Below are positions 45,694 through 51,547 of a stretch of 51,547 nt of DNA, piece after piece. How positions within the stretch are numbered: position 1 is the first letter of the stretch; the number at the start of each line of letters is the position of its first letter. The notes beneath the pieces were generated by a model. It saw only the letters and a list, made by a program, of their open reading frames with translations. It was not told where the DNA came from and did not search any database. Made by a program: the position numbers and the translations under genes. Source of the DNA: a virus (taxonomy: Duplodnaviria; Caudoviricetes); IMG/VR virus record IMGVR_UViG_3300009684_000002, positions 1 to 51,547 of that record, one strand, 5' to 3'.

Positions 45694-47031
45694 ATGTCTT
45701 GTGGATGCAACAATAATGGATGGGGTGGATGTGGATGTGATAACACAGTCCAGTATGCACCTTCAGCTTGTAACTCTAACTTCCCAACAACTTGTGACGC
45801 ATTAGGACAAGGCGTTATTCAGCGTGTAGTGGGCGAAGATTCTGCTTCTTGCAAGTATACTGTTCCTACTTTTAATTCTAATAGCTTGCTTTCATACAAT
45901 GCCTCTACTGGCCTTGTAAATTGGGCTGATGGATCTGCATCTAATCCAATTTTTCTTGGTAACGGAAACCAAGTTTCATCTTCAACCGTAGGAGCAATTC
46001 AAGGAACTACTCCCACGGGTCAGCTTGTTGAATTTAATCCATCAACATCTGCTGAAACACAATTCCCAATTGTATCACCTAGTGGCAGCACAACGACTTG
46101 GGGAACCATTGAAAATATCATCCCTAACCAAGGAATAGTTTATAAGAACTCTTCTAATGTAGTTGCACAGGCCGCACTTGGAACCGCTGGTCAAGTTCTT
46201 ACAATGGTTGGTGGAGTGCCAGCTTTTGCCACTCCAGCTACAAATGGATTTGTTGACGCTCGTTCCGTAAATATCTCATACGCAAGCGTTACTTCATTGA
46301 GTGTAAATTTTGGAAATCTAGTTGTTAATAGTGTTGCTGGAAGTGGTATTGCTATTAATAATTCTTCTACTTACACGCTAAACCTTTCTACCAATAGCCT
46401 TCCCAATGGACTTGATACAGGTTCTTTAATTGCAAGTACTTATTATTATGTATTTGCAATTTACAATTCTACAACATCTACCGTTGCTACACTTGCTTCA
46501 ATAAGCCCAACTGCTCCAACCCTTCCAACTGGATATACATATTTCCGTTTGATTGGATTATTCCGTACAAATTCATCTTCCCAGATTGATCCTCTCTACA
46601 ACCAGAATGGCAGGGCAGTAAACCTTGGGCAGACAGCAAACGTTGTTGTCTCAACACAATCAACACAAGCCACAAACAAATACTGGTCTGGATCTATTTC
46701 ATACGCCCCATATCAGTATGTTGATAAAGCATTCTTCCGATTTAGCCTAGTTGGTGCTGCTGCTACTCAAACAGCAAATGTAGTTATTTCAAATATTGCC
46801 GCTGGATCAACAGGAGCAACATATCAGAACGTAGTAACTACAAATGAAATTTATGGAGCGTTTATTGTTGCTCCATACACAACAGCAGGAACAAATATTG
46901 TATATTCCACAACAACTTGTGTTGTTCCTAATAACTTAGGAAGTTACTTTAATATCTATACTACTGCTGTTCTTGGAACTGGTGATTCATTTACCCTTCA
47001 AATCTCTGGTTACGAATTGAGCTTCCTCTAA
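45694..47031 (+). CDS. Tail fibre protein
   Basis: GTAGQVLT, NGLDTGSL.ASTYYYVFAI, PTLPTGYTYFRLIG motifs common in phage fibres. Confidence 0.65.
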   Translation: MSCGCNNNGWGGCGCDNTVQYAPSACNSNFPTTCDALGQGVIQRVVGEDSASCKYTVPTFNSNSLLSYNASTGLVNWADGSASNPIFLGNGNQVSSSTVGAIQGTTPTGQLVEFNPSTSAETQFPIVSPSGSTTTWGTIENIIPNQGIVYKNSSNVVAQAALGTAGQVLTMVGGVPAFATPATNGFVDARSVNISYASVTSLSVNFGNLVVNSVAGSGIAINNSSTYTLNLSTNSLPNGLDTGSLIASTYYYVFAIYNSTTSTVATLASISPTAPTLPTGYTYFRLIGLFRTNSSSQIDPLYNQNGRAVNLGQTANVVVSTQSTQATNKYWSGSISYAPYQYVDKAFFRFSLVGAAATQTANVVISNIAAGSTGATYQNVVTTNEIYGAFIVAPYTTAGTNIVYSTTTCVVPNNLGSYFNIYTTAVLGTGDSFTLQISGYELSFL

Positions 47032-47032
47032 A

Positions 47033-49237
47033 ATGGCGAGCGATGGCAGAGTCTACGATGGATCTACGCTAACGATTGGAATGGATGCGGAAACGCATCC
47101 TTCAGTCCTTCCAGCGGAATTTGTTTCATCGTGTGTAAACCGATCCTTTAGACAAGGAGTAAATGCTACTCGTCCTCCTTTTACGGAGATTCCAATTACA
47201 CCAGCCTACGGACAAGATCCATCCATCCTTACCGCTTTCCAAACTGGAAACTTCCAAGGTGCTTGGCCTTATAAATCAATCAAGACGGGATCACTAGATG
47301 GGTTTGTGGTATCAGTTGCTGGAACAATCTATTTCCTATCTATCGTCAATAATGTAGGAACTCTTTACAAACTCATTGATGGAAATGATCCAACCATGAT
47401 GCACACATGGTTTGTTCAAGCTGAAGATTGGATGTATATCCAAAACGGATACCAAGATCCTATTGCATGGTCTGGAGATATATCTGGTGTGCCAACAAAT
47501 CTTCAAGCAAAGGGAAATGGTTCAACTAGCATATCTTTAACATGGACAGATAATGCTCCAGGAGCGATTCAGAATGAAATTCAAGTTCAGTATAACCAAG
47601 GAATATTTGGAACGATTGCTTTAGTTCCTTATTCCCAAATATCCTATACCTTTACTGCTCAATCTTCATCTATCCAATACGCATTCCAAGTTCGTAGTGT
47701 ATTTCCAGATGGGTCATCTACTCCTTGGTCAAACATTGCAACAACTACTGCTGGTAATACAACCATTACAACAGCACAGCCAAACGCTTGCTTTAGACTC
47801 AATCCTGTCAAGCAACAGATGCCGATTGGAACAATCATGGCTTATGCTTATGGTCGTGTAGCAGTCAGTGATGCCAATAACAATATTTACGTTTCTGACA
47901 TCATCTATGGGAATGGATTCACAACGACATCCAATACCCAAAACTTTACCGAGCAAACCTATTGGCAAGAAGGTGGATCATTTACACCTCCTGCCAACCT
48001 TGGGTTGATTACAGGCATGAGGGTAATGCCATCCCTCAACATCAATGTACGAGGTCAGGGCGAGCTTGTGGTGTTCTGTGAGAATGGATCATTTACTCTT
48101 GATCTCTCCCAAGACCGAACAACATGGCAAACCAACAACATCCAAAAGGTTTCCCTTATTGGTCGTGGTTGCCGTTCTCCTTGGAGTATTGCAGGGGTTA
48201 ATAACGATGTTTATTTTCGGGCTGATGATGGATGGGCTTTCTACAACAATGCCCAAGTAGATTTTTATCAGGCTCTTTCTTTCCGTAAAGTCTCCCGTGA
48301 GGTTCAACCTTGGGTAAATTATGATACTCCTTGGATGAGGCAATTTGAGAGTGCGATGTTCTTTGATAATCGACTCATAGCAACTGTATCACCATTCACT
48401 GTATCTACTGCTGACCCATCTGTTTGTGGACTCCATCGTCCTAGCAGGGCAATGATCGTCCTAGATGTTGAACAAGAGAGTAGGATCTCTCCAGACGCTT
48501 CTATGCCTTCACGCTGGAATGGTTTATGGGAAGGCCCACAACCAACCCAATTAGCTACAGCCCAAATCAATAATGTTCAACGTGGGTTTGCTTTCTCATT
48601 TGATGCTGACAATGTGAATCGTCTTTACGAGCTTCAAAGCAGCAGTTCACTTCTTACAGGAGTAGATGACTATTCAGTTAAATATGGCAGCGTAAAGATC
48701 GGTTCATATTTCACTACCAAGAGATATGACTTCACGCCTAATCCTGGAGCTTCTAAATTTGTTCGTAAACAACTTGTGGGTGGTGAGGTATGGGTTTCAA
48801 ATCTGAAGGAAGCTATTACTTTGGGGTGTGAGTTTCGTCCAGATTCCTATGCCTGTTTTAACACCCTTTCATACCCGATTAAGATAGGATTAGATGAATG
48901 CACCCCAATTACAGCAGATTGTGTTCCAAGGATTTCTCAACCTCGATACCAGCAATTAAGGTTTCCGACTCCAGACATAGATCAATGTGAAAAATATGCT
49001 CAAATACCTCTCCAAGAGGGAGCAGAGTTCCAAGTAAAAATTAACATTATTGGATCTTGTATTGTGGATAGGTTGAGGCTTGCTGTTATTTTCAATGATA
49101 GCATTGATCTTCCACAAGGATATTGCCCCGATACCTTCTATAATGACCCAGAACCAGTTCAATGTGCTTGCCAGCCTGATCTTGATTACTACCGCATTGT
49201 TCCGCTGCCAGATTCTATCTATTCTGTTGCTGGATAA
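47033..49237 (+). CDS. Tail tubular/nozzle (stabilisation) protein with inserted FN3 domain
   Basis: 734 aa beta-propeller-like protein; FN3-like PTNLQA...SISLTWTD...YAFQVRSV...STPWSN insert. Confidence 0.65.
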   Translation: MASDGRVYDGSTLTIGMDAETHPSVLPAEFVSSCVNRSFRQGVNATRPPFTEIPITPAYGQDPSILTAFQTGNFQGAWPYKSIKTGSLDGFVVSVAGTIYFLSIVNNVGTLYKLIDGNDPTMMHTWFVQAEDWMYIQNGYQDPIAWSGDISGVPTNLQAKGNGSTSISLTWTDNAPGAIQNEIQVQYNQGIFGTIALVPYSQISYTFTAQSSSIQYAFQVRSVFPDGSSTPWSNIATTTAGNTTITTAQPNACFRLNPVKQQMPIGTIMAYAYGRVAVSDANNNIYVSDIIYGNGFTTTSNTQNFTEQTYWQEGGSFTPPANLGLITGMRVMPSLNINVRGQGELVVFCENGSFTLDLSQDRTTWQTNNIQKVSLIGRGCRSPWSIAGVNNDVYFRADDGWAFYNNAQVDFYQALSFRKVSREVQPWVNYDTPWMRQFESAMFFDNRLIATVSPFTVSTADPSVCGLHRPSRAMIVLDVEQESRISPDASMPSRWNGLWEGPQPTQLATAQINNVQRGFAFSFDADNVNRLYELQSSSSLLTGVDDYSVKYGSVKIGSYFTTKRYDFTPNPGASKFVRKQLVGGEVWVSNLKEAITLGCEFRPDSYACFNTLSYPIKIGLDECTPITADCVPRISQPRYQQLRFPTPDIDQCEKYAQIPLQEGAEFQVKINIIGSCIVDRLRLAVIFNDSIDLPQGYCPDTFYNDPEPVQCACQPDLDYYRIVPLPDSIYSVAG

Positions 49238-49281
49238 AAGCATTGCTAATTATTTAAAATAAGTTTACAAATCAAATAATT

Positions 49282-49764
49282 ATGCAGAACCAGAGTTCTC
49301 CAGCACAACTTCTCTTTCCAACTGTCCCTAGCAATTATTGCCCAGAGGGTAAGTGGAGTGATATCTTGAATAGCTTTATCCAATTGTATCTGAATAATGG
49401 GACTGTAAATATTCCGGGGCTTGGGCAAGTTACTCCTGCACAGATTGCTACGATCAATCAGAATATCCAGAATCTCCAAAATCAGTACAATGCTTTGGCG
49501 GTTAATGTTCAGCAAGGAACTACAAGCATTACCGCTGGAGCTTCCAAAATTTATACAGTAAGTTTTGCCAAAAATATGCCTAATACAACTTACCAAGTTG
49601 TAATTGAACCATTAACTGCATCAACTACTACTACAGGAACATGGTCTTGGGCTATTATTACTGGAAGCAAAGCAACTACTGGATTTCAAGTCTTGTTTAC
49701 TGATGCAACAACAGCTTCAATTACAGGATTTAATTGGACAGTCTCATCTATCGCATCAACCTAA
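49282..49764 (+). CDS. Small tail/fibre protein with gp53-like/H-type-lectin-like C-terminus
   Basis: VQQGT...TVSFAKNMPNTTYQVVI...TTGF...FNWTV. Confidence 0.55.
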   Translation: MQNQSSPAQLLFPTVPSNYCPEGKWSDILNSFIQLYLNNGTVNIPGLGQVTPAQIATINQNIQNLQNQYNALAVNVQQGTTSITAGASKIYTVSFAKNMPNTTYQVVIEPLTASTTTTGTWSWAIITGSKATTGFQVLFTDATTASITGFNWTVSSIAST

Positions 49765-49789
49765 CTAAACTAAACAACAAACCAAACCT

Positions 49790-49969
49790 ATGGCTAAAGA
49801 CACAAACAGGGCTACCGAGCCTAAACTACAATCCGAGGGTTTCTCAACCCGTGGAGACATCAAAGAAGGCATGAGCAACACCCCAAGGGGAACCGAGTTT
49901 TCGGGGATCTTTTATAGTGGTGCTAAACAGCCAGAGCCTTCTTCCCCCGGTCGTTCATCCAAGAAATAA
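49790..49969 (+). CDS. Small hypothetical virion-module protein (59 aa)
   Basis: MAKDTNRATEPKLQSEGFSTRG...; A/C-rich leader. Confidence 0.5.
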   Translation: MAKDTNRATEPKLQSEGFSTRGDIKEGMSNTPRGTEFSGIFYSGAKQPEPSSPGRSSKK

Positions 49970-49970
49970 T

Positions 49971-50222
49971 ATGGCATCTCACGGTGTTCAATACACGGTT
50001 GATAAGACCGAGCGTGGGATTGTCTCCGATTCTGTTACTCCTCAACCTATGCAGAGGGTGCAGATCAAGGGAGATATTCCTACTATTCGTGCTTATAAGG
50101 ATGCTCGTACTGCCCGCATTAAGTCCATTGGTGAGTCCTGCCAGAGTGCATTCTCTGTAGGTGGCCCCGCTAATGAGACTGCAATGGGCAAGGGAACTCC
50201 TTTTAACGCAGACTGGATCTAA
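49971..50222 (+). CDS. Hypothetical protein
   Basis: Start revised to MASHGVQY, directly after the previous stop. Confidence 0.55.
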   Translation: MASHGVQYTVDKTERGIVSDSVTPQPMQRVQIKGDIPTIRAYKDARTARIKSIGESCQSAFSVGGPANETAMGKGTPFNADWI

Positions 50223-50223
50223 T

Positions 50224-50391
50224 ATGGCTCTTTCAAGGCTCCCTAATCTTGGGGCTATGAGGAGCAGGATGCTCAAGGTCAAAGCGATGCCGTCGATTAA
50301 GTTGACGGATGTGAAGACCACTACTGGCCCACAATTGAAAGCCACAAGGAATCTTGTGGGTAGTCCCATCACCCGTGGAGAAATGATCTAG
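50224..50391 (+). CDS. Small basic protein
   Basis: Start revised to MALSRLPNL. Confidence 0.45.
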   Translation: MALSRLPNLGAMRSRMLKVKAMPSIKLTDVKTTTGPQLKATRNLVGSPITRGEMI

Positions 50392-50394
50392 GTT

Positions 50395-51402
50395 ATGCTT
50401 TTTGATGTTGCATATACACTAAACGCTATAAAACCCTATGCAGGGAATAGCGGTACTTGCAATCAAGCGGTACAACTTGCATACATGAACAAGGCCCGTA
50501 GTCTGTTGTGGAATAAAACGGACACCGATGCTACTTGTGATTATGTATGTATAGCTTGCGTTAATCAGTTATTAACCCTTCCTAGTATCTACAAGCAAGT
50601 CAGATTGGCTTGGATAGATGGAAGCCCCGTTAGCCTTGGAAATGAGTGGTATCAGAGCATTCCCCAAGATTCATGGGGTGATGCCTCTAGCGGTGGGTAT
50701 GGCAATGGTTGGGGACAAGGATATGCTTGGAATGGTGGTAACAAGAAATTCATTGAGGTTGGTGGAAAGCACGTTACCTTCCAGAACTATGATACCTCAC
50801 CATACCAGCTTGCAATCGAGCCAGAATCCCCGCTAGACGCAGGAAAAGAGATTACCCTATTCGGTGATAATGCTTATGGAACTCGCATCAGTGAGACGCT
50901 TGTATTGGGAAATGCCCCTAATTTTACTTACTCGGTAAACTTCTTTAAGAGTCTGTTCCAATGCACCAAAACACAGACTAATGGAAGGGTAAGGGTTTAT
51001 GCCTATGATCCCGATAATAGCATCAGAATGTTGTTAGCAGTTTATCAGCCTTATGACATTAACCCTTCTTTCCGTAGGTATTTCATCCAAGGCAAGGTAA
51101 GGGATTCGGTGATTCTTTATTGCAAGAAGAATTACTACGATCTTGTTGATCTTAAAGAACAGGTAGAATTTACTCCAGAAGCCATGATCTCTGCTGTCAT
51201 GGCAGTTGTTTATCGTGAGAACAAAGGAAGTGATCAGCTTTATAACACATCACTCCAGAATGCTATCTTTGAGGTAAATAGGGAGACTGCTGATAGGGAA
51301 GAGCCTACGGGTAGCCCAATTCGCCAGTTCTCAAACAACATGATGCTTAATGCCTTGGTTCCTACTTATGCGTGGGATGATGGGGCAACATGGCCTTATT
51401 GA
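50395..51402 (+). CDS. Head-tail adaptor / tail tubular A-like protein
   Basis: 335 aa; N-terminal helical pattern (LAYMNKARSLLW...LTLPS.YKQV) typical of adaptor proteins; located before the internal proteins. Confidence 0.5.
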   Translation: MLFDVAYTLNAIKPYAGNSGTCNQAVQLAYMNKARSLLWNKTDTDATCDYVCIACVNQLLTLPSIYKQVRLAWIDGSPVSLGNEWYQSIPQDSWGDASSGGYGNGWGQGYAWNGGNKKFIEVGGKHVTFQNYDTSPYQLAIEPESPLDAGKEITLFGDNAYGTRISETLVLGNAPNFTYSVNFFKSLFQCTKTQTNGRVRVYAYDPDNSIRMLLAVYQPYDINPSFRRYFIQGKVRDSVILYCKKNYYDLVDLKEQVEFTPEAMISAVMAVVYRENKGSDQLYNTSLQNAIFEVNRETADREEPTGSPIRQFSNNMMLNALVPTYAWDDGATWPY

Positions 51403-51427
51403 TTTAATTCTAAATATCTAATATAAC
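51399..51427 (+). promoter_or_regulatory. Sigma70-like promoter for the ejection-protein operon (probably leaderless)
   Basis: TTGATT-N17-TATAAC, 6 nt before the ATG at 51434 (= position 10). Confidence 0.5.
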
Positions 51428-51547
51428 AAGAATATGGCTGGATTATTTTCAAATCTTTTTGACTCACCGACACATACAGCGGAAACGCTTACGATTGGGC
51501 CAATTGGAAAGGCATTGCTAGATCCTCAAAAATCCAATGTTCCATCT
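51425..51547. repeat. Terminal direct repeat, right copy
   Basis: Identical to 1-123. Confidence 0.95.

Noticed and set aside
1-51547. Alternative genetic code (stop-codon reassignment)
   Set aside because: Long genes (portal, terL, 1682-aa protein) are intact in the standard bacterial code and coding density is high

Overview
The window looks like a complete dsDNA tailed-phage genome of about 51.4 kb. Bases 1-123 recur exactly at 51425-51547, so the assembly is circular or terminally redundant. The layout is podovirus-like. A + strand virion module runs 32487 to 51402 and continues 1 to 9068 (portal, scaffold, major capsid, decoration/fibre proteins, GH108 lysin, tail tubular proteins, internal ejection proteins, glycosyltransferase). 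A - strand early/recombination block at 9049-22955 holds ERF SSAP, a PD-(D/E)XK nuclease, an SSB-like protein, a small replication protein, an N4/N6 DNA methylase and many tiny ORFs. A mixed island at 23.2-32.4 kb holds terS, an HNH, a ferritin-like DUF5856, an anti-TRAP-like zinc protein, a metallophosphoesterase, a PAPS reductase-family protein and an inverted terL. I saw no integrase, DNA polymerase, primase, helicase, reverse transcriptase, tRNA or CRISPR array. The most striking unexplained element is a ~470-bp non-coding array of about ten back-to-back inverted repeats, mostly 27-35 bp long and unrelated in sequence (25590-26058). There are also three candidate structured RNAs, a dispersed ACCGCCGC motif in the early region, and an RlpA-like double-psi barrel on the giant internal virion protein. 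All family assignments come from motif recognition by eye, not from database searches.
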